Shown: one piece after another, positions 40,986 to 53,386 of the stretch
Layout of the letters: each line of letters starts with the position of its first letter
How positions within the stretch are numbered: position 1 is the first letter of the stretch
NCBI GenBank assembly: GCA_951406725.2
Contig: OX597826.1
Coordinates: 12,338,001 to 12,402,000, forward strand
Source of the DNA: Octopus vulgaris
Lineage: Eukaryota
DNA length: 64,000 nucleotides
Reading direction: 5' to 3'
Position numbers and translations under genes: made by a program
The notes under the pieces: generated by a model
Told to the model about the DNA's origin: nothing
Database searches by the model: none
Seen by the model: the letters and a program-made list of their open reading frames with translations, nothing else

Positions 40986-42764
40986 TATTATGTATTTTAA
41001 AAACTCTCTCAAATCACTTAGAACAAATTTTACTGTGGTAGATACCATGAGAAAAACTCTCAGATTGATATTTGATGCAGAATGCACTCTTGTTTATATC
41101 GCTAGTGGGGGGTGATAAATCCTCGCCACCTTCAGCACCCAGACCGCCAGAACACGTGATTTCGACCTTCCTTGGCCTTATCAATGATGGACGCTTGATC
41201 GCTAGAGATAGATGGAAGTGGCGAGGATTAATCGCAACGCTAGCGAATATAAAAAAGGAGTGCGTTTTGCACCAAAAGCTAACATGAAAGTTGTTCTCAT
41301 AGTAACTACCGCAATAAAGTTTGCTCTAACAGTACATTATCGTTTAAGTGGGGATAAATATTACCTCTCTTTATTTGTTTTGTCACGATCTGTATATTCC
41401 TTCCTTCTTTCCTTCCGTCCTTCCTTCCTTCCTTATTCTAATAGCTTTCTGAAACTTGGTGACAGTGGATACCGTCCATCTTCACATTTATTTAAATATT
41501 CACGATTATATAGGATACCGTTCTAATTATGCTGGAGGCCTGCTTAATACGGTCTATACTAGATATATAATTAAATAGGTATTTGAGTTTAAAAAGTGAG
41601 TTTTATTTTCGAATGGGAACATATTAGTACTGAGTGAGTAGACCTATGGTAAAAAAACATTCTAATCATGATGTGTACCATATTTGTCTTGGATAGTGTT
41701 ATTGAGTACATCCTTGTCCAAGCAAAATTGGGAAGATTGCACTTTGAGACAGATTTGGCTGCTATGTTTAGTAGATGGATTTACATAGAAGCTCTCATAT
41801 TTACTTACTCTTCCGTTGTATACTTAGTGTATAATATTCTTTTTTTTTTTGTGTTAATATAATAGCGAGTTGTTTAGATGCACTCAAAATGCTAAACATA
41901 AGTATATAAATATATTCTAATTTGAAAAGATGAAAGTAAACAAATATATACATAAACTATTACATTAAAAGGTTACATTACTTATGTATAGTATTGTGTT
42001 GCAATGTCATTAGAAATGTTTTAGTGACACATTTGAATTATCTTTAATTTAAAATAAAAATAATAATAAAAAAGTTAAAAGAAACGTATTCATACATTAT
42101 CGAAGAGTATTTTCGATTAAACATTGAAAAAATTTCGATAACGAAAAATATTACTTTAGTTTACATTGTCTTTCATTTGCTTTTCTCATTCATAATTTAT
42201 ACATATTTTAGGTTCACACTTTACTGATTGTCAGTCAATGAGTATGTCCAATAAAATTGTCGGAGCTAATTGACAGCTGCATTTGTGATGTACATTCATA
42301 AAATCAATGGCACCTCCTTCAACAAGTCACCACAACAGAACAACTGAAAATACTTCTATTATCTTTTAAGCTTCCTAATTATAAGTCTGACAAAGTGTAG
42401 CCTCTTAGTTTCAATTGAGAAGATATTTCTGATTTTCTGAGCCTCGGGTGGCTTTGTTTCATAATTTTCTATAATCGATAATCCAAGTTCAGTGTGCAGT
42501 GCTGCAGGAGATATTAGCAAATATCGTCAAAGTATAAGAGAAAAAAAACAAGCGTTATCACACAACTACAATAGATAAAGTGTCAGCTTAAATTTAGTTA
42601 ACTTAAATACAAAATATTATTCAAATTAGAATTTCTTTCTTTTTAATGGTAGCTAAACTTAGAAATGAACGGTGAATACATTGTCAACTGTGAACAGAGG
42701 GTTCCATTCAGTCATACAAGGCCAACGATTAAACGAATAAAAATGTCATGCATTACTAAATATC

Positions 42765-42970
42765 GGTTTTAAATTTGGTACAAGGCCAGCAATTTTGGAG
42801 AAGTGGGTAAGTCAATTATATCAACCCCAGTGCTCAACTGGTAGATATTTTATCAGTCCCGAAAGGAGGAAAGGCAAGCTCGACCTCGGCGGAATTTGAA
42901 CTCAGCACGTGGAGACGGGCGAAGTACTGCTAAGCATTTTGCCTGTTGTGCTAACGATTCTGCAAGCTCG
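42765..42970 (-). mobile_element. SINE-B body (B3 tail); its head is split off to 45091-45116 by a nested insertion
   Basis: Minus strand starts at CGAGCTTGCAGAATCGTTAGC and lacks the AAGGCGG start. Confidence 0.75.
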
Positions 42971-43111
42971 ATTTCTTGTATTTAGGCACATGGCCTTTAT
43001 AAAGAGGGGACACCACAAGGACAGATCAAACAAGACATTGGGGTACATATAAAAGGCATATCGAATAGACTATGACTATGATAAATATAATGAGGATGAA
43101 ATGGCTTACTC

Positions 43112-43528
43112 GGATCTGTTCGGTTTGAACGGCAGTTTTTTCTAGCGTTGTCATATGAAATTGTCACCCATAATTATAACCCTAGTATCGATCTATTGCA
43201 TTTCAATCTGTTTTAGGGTTAGGGTTAGGGGTGGGGGGAAGGGTATCTTTTTTTTCTTCACAAATGTAAATAAACCCAATCTGTTTCTTAAACGAGGGAC
43301 ATATTCATACGGCACAGAATGTTTTTTTTACCTCAATAGACGTATTTGATTGGTTGAAATTGCAGAAATTGAAGAAAAACAACAAATATCTTACAAACTA
43401 TAGAATTTTCTCAATAAAGCCAAAAGAAAAAGCTGTTTTATAAACACATTCTACCAGTATACGGAGTTTAAAAATTTTTAGTCACCTAGAAATTATGTTA
43501 AAAACTGCCGTTCAAAACGAAAAGATCC
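43112..43528 (+). mobile_element. MITE with ~29-bp TIRs and 8-bp TSD (Merlin-like), copy 1
   Basis: TIR GGATCTGTTCGGTTTGAACGGCAGTTTTT; TSD GCTTACTC (43104-43111, 43529-43536); internal TTAGGG repeats. Confidence 0.9.
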
Positions 43529-43627
43529 GCTTACTCGCCTTCCAAAGCAAGCAGATTCATTCTACTGTTCTTTTAAAGTACAGTTCAATTTACAGTCATG
43601 TATCTTTCTTTTTTCCGTCTTCTTTTC

Positions 43628-45075
43628 TTAAACACAATTACAATATTGCATAAGATCGTCGAAAATTACAACAGGCGGCAACTCGTCGTATCTAAACTGA
43701 AGTGGTGATAGTTCAACTCTTGTTTTTCCAAACAGTTCTACTAATCTCTCCCCTATTTCTCTCTCCAATAGCACGCCCTTCTTACCTTCCGAGTTAGCCA
43801 ATTTCACTCTGATAACATTTTTCAACTTAGTAAACCTCTTTTCGATTTCAAAACTTTTTCCGTATTCTACGAGGTTTCGTAAATTTCTCCCTGTAGGTCT
43901 CAGTCTCTTCGTCCGACACAATTTCCTGTGTCTCAAATTCGCTGTCTCTTTCGTTTTCATTTTTCTGCCATGCTCTTTCTTCCTTACTAGTTGAAGGCAA
44001 CGGTTCCTGAGTTCACATTCCACTTGATTTTTTACTTGATTTTCCATTTTCTTCTTTTCTTTCTTGTTCTCTTCCTCGATGGTTTTTCTTTTTCTCTCCT
44101 TGGGGCTTTTAGGAGGTGATTCTAAATTCTTTTTTCTTTTCACCACCGTAAATTGCTCGTCCATTTTCTCCTCTCTTACAGCTGTACTCTCTTCTTGAAT
44201 TTCTGTTTCTATGATTTCCTCCACGTGTTTCTGGGGACACTTGGACTTCATGTATCTCCCTACTCTACACCCAAAATATATTGGAGGTATACCTTCCACA
44301 ACAATCCTTAATCTGGTCTATTCTGGCAACACCAGCTCTTCCACAATTTATGGAGGTCTGGTAGACTTATATGGACTATTATTTCTAGTCCATATCCCCA
44401 TGAGTTCACCTCCGTAGTCTTTGACATTTTTAAACCTTCTGCTTCTTCCTCTGTATGATAGAGGATGGATGCCACCAGCCACGCCTCGTCAATTTCAGGG
44501 GGCACTCTACATATCCTTACTCTGGCCGCACGTTTGCCACAGTAAGTAGGCAGTAGTGCCCACTCCGCTGATTTCAAGGGTACTGTGGAGTACTTCTTTG
44601 CTTCATTTTCGTTTACGCAGCGCACCTCCAACGTGCCGAACTTCTGTTCTCTGGTGTAGAATGTAGTCGACTCTTTCACTTCTTTCAAACATTCCTCTAC
44701 CGCTTCTACGGCGGCTATCCCTACTTTCTTCGACGCTGTGTTTAGCGTTCTATAGGTGATATCTCTGTTTTCCATATTCTCAATAACTTCCTTGGGAGTC
44801 GTTAGTCTGAGACTGTCTCCCTCCTTTCTCAACAAGTCCTTGTTTTTGACTTCTATTTCACGGACTTGCAGTAACTCTGCTGACAGGCTGTTGCCAGTCA
44901 TCGCAGCATAACTGCCTGTTTGCACTTGTCTAGTCTCCATAATAATGTTCTTCACAACTTCGTCCATAAATGGGAAAACAAATAAAAATTCCAACAAATT
45001 CAAGTAATAACAACAATTCAGAAATATAACAGGTTTACAGGAAGAGGACTCACATGGAGCGTACGCACTTTCCAC
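43628..45075 (-). pseudogene. L1/Tx1-type ORF1 (nucleic-acid-binding, degenerate zinc knuckle, Lys/Glu-rich tail)
   Basis: SYAA motif, RVRICRVPPEIDEAWL (RRM-like) and RIVVEGIPPIYFGCRVGRYMKSKCP (degenerate CX2CX4HX4C), joined across a frameshift near 44345. Confidence 0.7.
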
Positions 45076-45248
45076 TCAAAAACAACGACAAACGTTTTTG
45101 CCAGCTCACCGCCTTTAACGTTCTAATATTTTCTATTAACAAAACGATGCAGTGTCTACATTCGCTCAATTCTTGAATATTGTTACTTAGTATAATAGTT
45201 TAGCAATTAGAGACAAGAACAGTATATGGATACCATACATAATATCTG

Positions 45249-45490
45249 TTTCTTTATTACCCACAAGGAGCTAAACATAGAGGGGACAGACAAGGACAGA
45301 CAAGGACAGACAAACGGATTAGGTCGATTACATCGACTCCAGTGCGTAACTGGTACTTAATTTATGGACCCCGAAAGGATGAAAGGCAAAGTCGACCTCG
45401 GCGGAATTTGAACTCAGAACGTAACGGCAGACGAAATATGGCTACGCATTTCGCCTGCTGTGCTAACGTTTCTGCCAGCTCGCCGCCTTT
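45249..45490 (-). mobile_element. SINE-B full copy (B1 tail)
   Basis: Complete head, core and tail on the minus strand. Confidence 0.9.
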
Positions 45491-45788
45491 AATGCTCTAT
45501 TAATTTCTATTAACAAAACTATGCAATTCTTGAATATTGTTACTTAATATAATAGTTTAGCAATTAGAAACAAGAACATTATATGGATGCCATACATAAT
45601 ATCCTTCAGGATGATAGTGAAATCAAGAAAAATAGAAAAAGACTGACGTCCTCCCATACCTATCCAGAAGAACATAGCTCGCTTATCTTAGAAAAGTCTT
45701 GAAAGACAAACACCCTGAAAACCCCTACAATGCAAAGCATTTGCTTCCTGCAAACTTGAAAAGGATGACAATATTGGTTTAAAATTTT

Positions 45789-46191
45789 AGGCGGCGAGCT
45801 GGCAACAGTATTTCGTCTGTCTTTACGTCTTCAGTTCAAATTCCGCCGAGGTCGACTTTGCCTTTCATCCTTTCGGTGTCGATAAATTAAGTACCAGTTA
45901 CGTACTGGGGTCGATCTAATCGACTGGCTCTCCCCTAAAATTTCGGGCCTTGTGCCTAGAGTTGAATAGAATATTGGTTTTAAATTTTGACACAAGGTCA
46001 GCATTTTGGGGTGTTGGAGTAAGTCGTTTACATTGACCCCAGTATTCAACTGGTACTTATTTTATTGACCACGAAATGACGAAAGACAAAGTTGACCTCG
46101 GTGAAATTTGAACTCAGACGGCAAAGACAGGCGAAAATGCCGCTAAACATTTTTGCCCAACGAGCTAACCATTCTGCAAGTTCAATGCCTT
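45789..46191. mobile_element. Two SINE-B copies tail-to-tail (+ 45789-45972 with B2 tail; - 45975-46191 with B3 tail)
   Basis: Core motifs present on both strands. Confidence 0.8.
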
Positions 46192-46249
46192 AATGGATAA
46201 CAATTTTAGCATGAAGTGTAACGACTATCGGTAACCATTGCATTTGCCA

Positions 46250-46745
46250 TCCAAATTTAGGAGATGTTGATTGCTACGAAACATCTCATGAACAAATTGG
46301 ACGGCGAAGCTCATAAAATCATGTGATATAACCCCAAACGTCGATTATGACACCCTCCTTTGAAGGACGTAACACAGGTAATCAGAAGCTGCCCATAAAT
46401 TTCAAAGAGGTAACAACTCTTACTGCAATGATGTTGCTTCCAAACAATATAGAATGCCGCCGGTTGAAAAGATTAGTCTAGTTTAAATACGGACAACACT
46501 CTGCTATCGAAGTCATACATACATATCAGTACGAAGGACATTAGTACATATGCAAACGCTGACATAGAAAACTCAGGTACAGTCATTGACGTTCGCTGCC
46601 CTACAGATGTGAACATCTTTTCCAAAATCATTGAGAAGTAGTGCGTCTATGGACAACTGCATTAAAACTGGCAGCTTCTTACTCAGAATATAAATTTACT
46701 TCTATGCCAACAGTCATTGATGCACTTGGTTATGTTCGTGAATTA
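46250..46745 (+). mobile_element. Degenerate RLE-type (R2/R4-like) non-LTR retrotransposon C-terminus
   Basis: VTQVIRSCP (HIxSxCP-like) and VIDVRCPTDVNI..IEK..Y..L..YKFTSMPTVIDALGYV resemble the RLE endonuclease end. Confidence 0.6.
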
Positions 46746-46784
46746 CTAAGCGACACTCCGGAAAGTTACGAGTTTCAATAAAAT

Positions 46785-46815
<31 letters not shown>

Positions 46816-46991
46816 AGAGAGAGAGAGAAAAAGAAAGAACGAGAGAGGTCAACTAGCACAAACAATAGAAATATAACATGTAAGTGGAATAGAATACATA
46901 GAATTCGATTGACGTAATTATTCTCGTGACAGGGCTTTTGTTTCTTCGTCAGAAACCAGCTTTCCCCTTCCAAGTAATATACTAATATCCT

Positions 46992-47346
46992 GGCACTCCA
47001 TCGGTTTCAATGACAAGTGTTCCAGTTGATCCGATCAACGGAACAGCCTGCTTCCGAAATTAACGTGCAAGTGGCTGAGCACTCTACAGTTACGTGTACC
47101 CTTAACGTAGTTCTCGGCGAGATTCAGCGTGACACAGAGTGTGACAAGGCTGGCCCTTTGAAATACAGGTACAACAGAAAGGGGAAGAAAAGCGAGAAAA
47201 AGTTGTGGTGAAAGAGTACTGCCGGAGCCTCGTGGAGTTTTAGGTGTTTTCGTTGAATAAACATTCACAACGGCCGGTCTGGGAATCGAAACCGCGATCC
47301 TACGACTTCGAGTCGGCTGCCCCTAACCACTGGGTCATTGCACCTC
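46992..47346 (-). mobile_element. SINE-C tail type 1
   Basis: Homologous to 24296-24668. Confidence 0.85.
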
Positions 47347-47596
47347 TACGGCATACTAATATACAAAGAGAAAATCAAAGCATTCATGCATATGCATGTA
47401 CATATATACATACATACATGCATACAGGCATGCATTTATGTTTATATTTTTCTAAACGCGATCATGCTGTTTACATATAAAAATATAATTGATATGAACA
47501 TGAATAAAACGCTGAAAAGAGGGCTAGCTGAAATCGAACCTGAGTTACCTTTGTTTTAAGCCTGATGGATATATATACTTTTACATTAATACTTTC

Positions 47597-48028
47597 GGAT
47601 CTTTTCGGTTGAACGGCAGTTTTTTCTAGCAGTGTCATATGAAATTGTCACCCATAATTATGACCCTAGTATCGATCTATTGCATTTCAATCTGTTTTAG
47701 AGTTAGGGTTAGTTAGGGTTAGGGTTAGGGGTGGGGGGAAGGGTATCTTTTTTTTTTCTTCACAAATGTAAATAAACCCAATCTGTTTCTTAAACGAGGG
47801 ACATTCATACGGCACAGAATGTTTTCACCTCAAAAGACGTCATTGATTGGTTGAAATTGCAGAAATTAAAGAAAAAAACTACAAATATCTTACAAACTAT
47901 AGAATTTTCTCAATAAAACCAAGAGAAAAAGATGTTTTATAAACACATTCTACCAGTATACGAAGTTTAAAAGTGTTTAGTAACCTAGAAATTATTTTTA
48001 AAAACTGCCGTTCAAACCGAAAAGATCC
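47597..48028 (+). mobile_element. Merlin-like MITE copy 2
   Basis: Same TIRs; 8-bp TSD ATACTTTC (47589-47596, 48029-48036). Confidence 0.9.
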
Positions 48029-48695
48029 ATACTTTCATCTCGTATAATATTTTCCCATTACTAAAAAGAAATCTAATGGAAATTCAATTGTTGATACTAT
48101 GGAGTATACAGGCAGCTCTCCGAATATTTGATTATTACTTTCTGACAGCTTAGGTGAAATGAAGTACAGAGATTTAATATGTATGTTCAGATGTAAATAA
48201 ATGAATCGCGTGCTAGATCAAGGGGGAGATTAAAGCTGTTACTACTTTAAGATTCGTTGCATGGAGAGTATCCACATACATATCTAAAGTTTGCTTAGTT
48301 CCTATATTCGTCTATTGTATGTAAGTCAATTTTTAGGCAATTTTCCAATCATTTTCCTGTCAGAGCAATTGATGTAATATGTATTGTATGACAATTTGCA
48401 AGAATATGGGTCATAATTAAATTATGCTCTCCGAATTTCTCTTGGGGGACAGTTAAGAAATACTAATGCAATTATTTGGCAAGAGAAGCCAAGAAGTATA
48501 ATGTTACTTGGAATTTCCCTCTGGAAAAGTGTATTGTTCTTCTTCAACAACAGCTTTGCAGATAGAGAACCACACGAACGAGGATATTTAAATTCCATTG
48601 TAGCTTGGGGGGTAAAGACTGTGTTTAAGCGATGCTTTCGAAGAAGTCGGAATAGTTGGCAGTCCGTTTCCTTAGCTTTATACCTAACACATTTT

Positions 48696-49115
48696 GGATC
48701 TTTTCGGTTTGAACGGCAGTTTTTAACATAATTTCTAGGTAACTAAAAAAGTTTAAACTTTGTATACTGGTAGAATGTCTTTATAAAACATCTTTTTCTC
48801 TTGGCTTTATTGAGACAATTCTATAGTTTGTAAGATATTTGTTGTTGTTTTTTCTTCAATTTCTGCTATTTCAACCAATCACTGACGTCTATTGAGCTAA
48901 AAAACATTATGTGCCGTAAGAATATGTCCCTCGTTTAAGAAACACATAGGGTTTATTTACATTTCTGAAGAAAAAAAGATACCCTTCCCCCAACCCTAAC
49001 TAACCCTAACCCTAAAAGAGATTGAAATGCTATAGATCGATTCTAGGGTCATAATTATGGGTGACAATTTCATATGACACCGCTAGAAAAACTGCCGTTC
49101 AAACCGAAAAGATCC
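48696..49115 (-). mobile_element. Merlin-like MITE copy 3
   Basis: Same TIRs, internal CCCTAA repeats; flanked by a 30-38-bp duplication. Confidence 0.9.
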
Positions 49116-49749
49116 GGCAGTCCGTTTCCTTAGCTTTATACCTAAAATATATTTTTGTTTAAAATTACCTGTCCTCTATGTATATCCCACTCATTCCATT
49201 GCTCACACTCTCGCAAAACTTTACTGACCGCTCCTTTCATTTATCTAAGTAACCATCTATCAAGCTGTTTATCTAACTATCAATCTGATATGTATGCGTG
49301 ACGCATATTCGTACGCATGTAGATGCGTATGTGTATCTGTTTCTCATATACTTTTCACAGATCTAGTAAGGCGATAATTTCTTTCTTCTCTTACTATTTA
49401 TATTTTATTCTTCTTCTAGTAATTTCAACCACAAAATTAAGCTTCAACTTTAATAATGGACCGGTGCAACTTCTGATTAAACATAGCGCGTGTGTGTGTC
49501 AGTGTGTGTGTGTATGTGTGTGTGTGTATTGTGTGTGTGGGTTAGAATTCTTGAAGGGCTAATGACACTCCATATTCTATGGCAAAGGAACCCTATGTCA
49601 CGATCCTTAGCGCGACGCACGAACTTGGGCGTGATTGTTTATTAAGGCATTTAATGCACTCTTCTGGAGGCGTACGGGAGAAAAACTGCTCTTCCTTGTT
49701 AATATTTACACTGAAGTAAAAAATAGGATATTTTCGAAGTATAGTTGAA

Positions 49750-50400
49750 TGTGGTATTCGCAAGGCAGCTACGAATGACATGAAAATAATTATTGTTAAC
49801 TCTGATCATTACTACTCTGAACATTGCTACTAAGAACTTCTTCAGCTACTGTTTCATGTCCTTCTCAGGTTTAACTATCGCGATAATTTTCTAAACGTCC
49901 GACTCATGCTCCACGTTCTACGTTTAGGTGTGAGGAAAGTCAGTTGCAAAATGACAATGGAATTTAGACTTAATTATATTTCGTCAATATCAGGTTGTTC
50001 CATGCAAACACCAGTTTTTATAGAGAATAGACTGTGCTGACAAGATCCATAGTAAGACGGGATACTCAATCTTTTTGTGTCGATTTTAGCGTACAACATG
50101 CTAGGATTGTCAACGTTGCTTAAGCAGAAATGATTTGCCGACAGGTCATAAGTGCATCACCTACCAGGCCAGCTTACACAGTTGGTGGCATATAGGTGTC
50201 TGTAGCATCGCTTTGCAAATATATGAGTTGTATTCTGTCTGCGGTTTGGATCCTTGACAACAATATCCAGGGCCTCGTGATGCAGGTGATAGTAACCTCT
50301 AGAAAACGTCTGCACAGAATCCTTCAGATCAAATGCATTTATTTCTAAACTGATGTCTTCGTGTACAAAAAGCTCTGTATACAGCCTCCTCTTTAGCTAT
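49750..50400 (-). mobile_element. Possible ancient LINE APE-endonuclease remnant
   Basis: Scattered motif-like stretches (TYMPPT, KLVFAWNNLILT, RRTWS) in different frames; weak. Confidence 0.3.
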
Positions 50401-50549
50401 GACACGTAGCTGAGTTACAGTCATCATATTAATCCCTTATAGAACATACATATTCTCCGCATCCCGATCATTCTAGAAGTTATTTGCTGTGGGTGTATAC
50501 CTGAAACTGAATACTTAGAACGATATCCAAACTACAGTGGAAAAGGTTA

Positions 50550-50565
50550 TATATACATACATATA

Positions 50566-50608
<43 letters not shown>

Positions 50609-50610
50609 GT

Positions 50611-50643
<33 letters not shown>

Positions 50644-50644
50644 C

Positions 50645-50675
<31 letters not shown>

Positions 50676-50782
50676 TATACATATGTATATATATATATAC
50701 ATATATATATACACATATATATATATATATATATATACATATATACATACATATATATACATATATATATATATATACATAT

Positions 50783-50837
<55 letters not shown>
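50550..50837. repeat. (TA)n-rich tract
   Basis: Direct reading. Confidence 0.95.
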
Positions 50838-50840
<3 letters not shown>

Positions 50841-52062
50841 TTTGATACTTTGATAGGTTTCGGCCATTATTGGCCCAGGCCATGTCTAACTTAATAGCAC
50901 CACCTGGTGAAGTCTTTCAAGTCAGAATTTGGGCACTATGGCCCACTCAAGTAGAGAGTTATTGTTTACAGAGACATATCCGGGTGTAGGGGGTTTATCC
51001 GGGATTTCTTGAAGGAATCTGTCCAAAGACTTCTTGAGCCCTATAGGGTCAGTTTCTTTTTTAATGTGTTTTGGTGTAATGTTAAAGAGAGCGGGGCCAA
51101 TTGAGGTGAAATAATTGTGCCGTATTGTTGTTATGCGATGAGAGTGCGATTTTTGTTTTGGGCGGATGGCACGGGGCCCAAGCCTTGGATGTACCTTAAA
51201 GGTGATGCCAACATCATTTGGGCAATGCTGATGGAATATTTTCCACATCATGCAGATGATGTAGCGCTCACGACGACGTTGGAGAGAATAGAGTTTTAGC
51301 TTTTCTAGTCGACCCCAATAGTCGAGGCCTGTCATGCCATCTATCTTTTTTGTGATTGCCCTTTGAGGTGCTTCAACTTTTATGATACCTTGTATTGTGT
51401 GGGGAGACCACAGTGGACAACAGTATTCAAGGTGGGGTCGGGCAAAAGTGGAGAAGAGAAGGATAATGGTGTGGATATCTCTCGACTGGAAAGTTCTGAG
51501 CATCCAGGAACACATTCTGCGGGCCATGTCAACTTTGGTGTTTATATGAGTGGCCCAGCTTATGTTGTTGTTCACAATTACTCCCAAGTCTCTGATGTTG
51601 TTAGACGTCATGAGAGTTTCACCTGAAGGAAGGGAGTATGGGAGTTTCAGGGCATCCTCATTTCCAAAGTGGATTAATTCAAATTTATCCTCGTTCAGCA
51701 GCATATTGTTTTTTTCTGCCCATTGGATAACAGCCAGTAGATCTGACTGAAGGCATGTCCGGTCACTCGCCTCATTTATGACCTTCTGCAGCTTGGAATC
51801 ATCTGCAAAGATTTTTATGTTGCTGTGCTTGATGATGTCATTAATGTCATTAATGTAAATGATGAAAAGAAGTGGGCCCAGCACAGTGCCTTGCGGAACG
51901 CCACTACTGACTTTGGCTGGGCTTGATTTTACCCCTTCAACTACAACATGTTGAGATCTGTCTGTCAGGAAACACTTGATCCATTTCAGTAACTTTCCAG
52001 AGACACCAATGTTGGATAGTTTTTTCAATAGGATCTTGTGATCGACCCTGTCGAAGGCCTTA

Positions 52063-52065
<3 letters not shown>
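50838..52065 (-). mobile_element. CR1-clade LINE, 5'-truncated copy 3 (same subfamily as copy 1; ORF 52028-50922 open)
   Basis: [17 protein letters not shown]; nearly identical to 35701-36829; (TATCAAAG)2 tail. Confidence 0.95.
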
Positions 52066-52154
<89 letters not shown>

Positions 52155-52279
52155 TAATAATCAAGGGGCAGAAATGGTGTATTCCGAATGAACAAGATAA
52201 TGTAATCCGATGGTAGAAAGAATTCCACGAATTAGCTACTCCAAAGTCAGTCGGAAGTACGGGGGTCCGTGTGAGCGTG

Positions 52280-52480
52280 CGGTAAATAGTTAATAACTAA
52301 ACATGGAAAAAAACAACAGCAAAAAACAACAACCGGGGGATGTGGTACATGTAATGTATTAATAAGACGCTGAAGAAAGGAAAGAAAGGGTGATTTATGT
52401 TTCGTGCGAAAGCTCTTCTTGGGAAGCAAGATACAGGGGAAAGTTTAAAAGAAAAGGAAGATGGAGGAAAAAAATCTCCA
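52280..52480 (-). mobile_element. Penelope pLTR-like remnant with a degenerate hammerhead
   Basis: Minus strand CCAAGAAGAGCTTTCGCACGAAAC resembles the motif near 9125. Confidence 0.4.
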
Positions 52481-52543
52481 ACAACCCATATATTAATGCC
52501 TTACTTACAATAAAAATTGTGGGTACTGGTAAAGTTATTCACG

Positions 52544-52946
52544 CGGCGGCGAGCTGGCAGATCTGTTACAGCGTCCGAAATAATACATTGCTGTAGTTTT
52601 TACGATTTATTACGTTCTTAATTCAAATTTTGAAGAGGTTAACCTTTTCCTTCATCCTTTCTAAATCGATAAAATATGCCGTCGGTGGTATCGACAAAAA
52701 CGTTGCCCCAAATTTCAGCATGTTCATATATTGGTTTCAGATTTTGGCACAAGGCTAACAACGTAGGCGATAGGGGAATTTCGATTACATCGATCCCAGT
52801 ACTCGATTGGTTCATATTTTACCCACCCCGAAAGGGTGAAAGGTAAAATCGATCTAGGCGGAATGTGAACTCAGAATGTAAAGTCGGACGAAATGTCGCC
52901 AAGCATTTTGCCGGACATGTTTACGACCACGTCAGCTCACCGTCTT
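52544..52946. mobile_element. Two old SINE-B copies (+ then -)
   Basis: GGCGGCGAGCTGGCAG head, then a reverse-strand core. Confidence 0.7.
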
Positions 52947-52970
52947 AGGCCATGTGTCTATATTGAAAAT

Positions 52971-53386
52971 AGGCGGCGAGCTGGCAGAAACGTTAGCACG
53001 CTGGGCGAAATCCTTAGCGGTATTTCGTCTGTCGTTACGTTCTGAGTTCAAATTCCGCCGAGGTCGACTTTGCCTTTCATCCTTTCGGGGTCGATTAAAT
53101 AAGAACCAGTTTACGCACTGGGATCGATGCAATCGATTTAATCCGTTTGTCTGTCCTTGTTTGTCTCCTCTGTGTTTAGCCCCTTGTGGGTAGTAAAGAA
53201 ATAGGTATTTCGTTTGTTGTTACGTTCTGAGTTCAAATTCCACCGAGGTCGACTTTGCCTTTCATCCTTTCGGGGTGATAAATAAAGTACCAGTTTCGCA
53301 CTGGGGTTGATGCAATCGACTTAATCCCTTTGTCTATCCTTGTTTGTCCACTCTATGTTTAGCCCCTTGTGGGTAGTAAAGAAATA
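52971..53386 (+). mobile_element. SINE-B1 dimer
   Basis: Full unit plus a headless unit joined at AAAGAAATA|GGTATTTCG; flanking direct repeat TATATTGAAAA. Confidence 0.9.

Larger units (their letters stand above)
42971..45090 (-). mobile_element. ORF1-only non-LTR retroelement (gag-like ORF1, no RT) with a SINE-B-like 3' tail
   Basis: ORF 45075-43628 broken by one frameshift and one stop; 3' ~60 nt align to the SINE-B1 tail; flanked by an imperfect 17-bp direct repeat. Confidence 0.65.

Noticed and set aside
47700-47740. TTAGGG repeats as a telomere or chromosome-fusion relic
   Set aside because: There are only 2-3 units, and they always lie at the same position inside the MITE.
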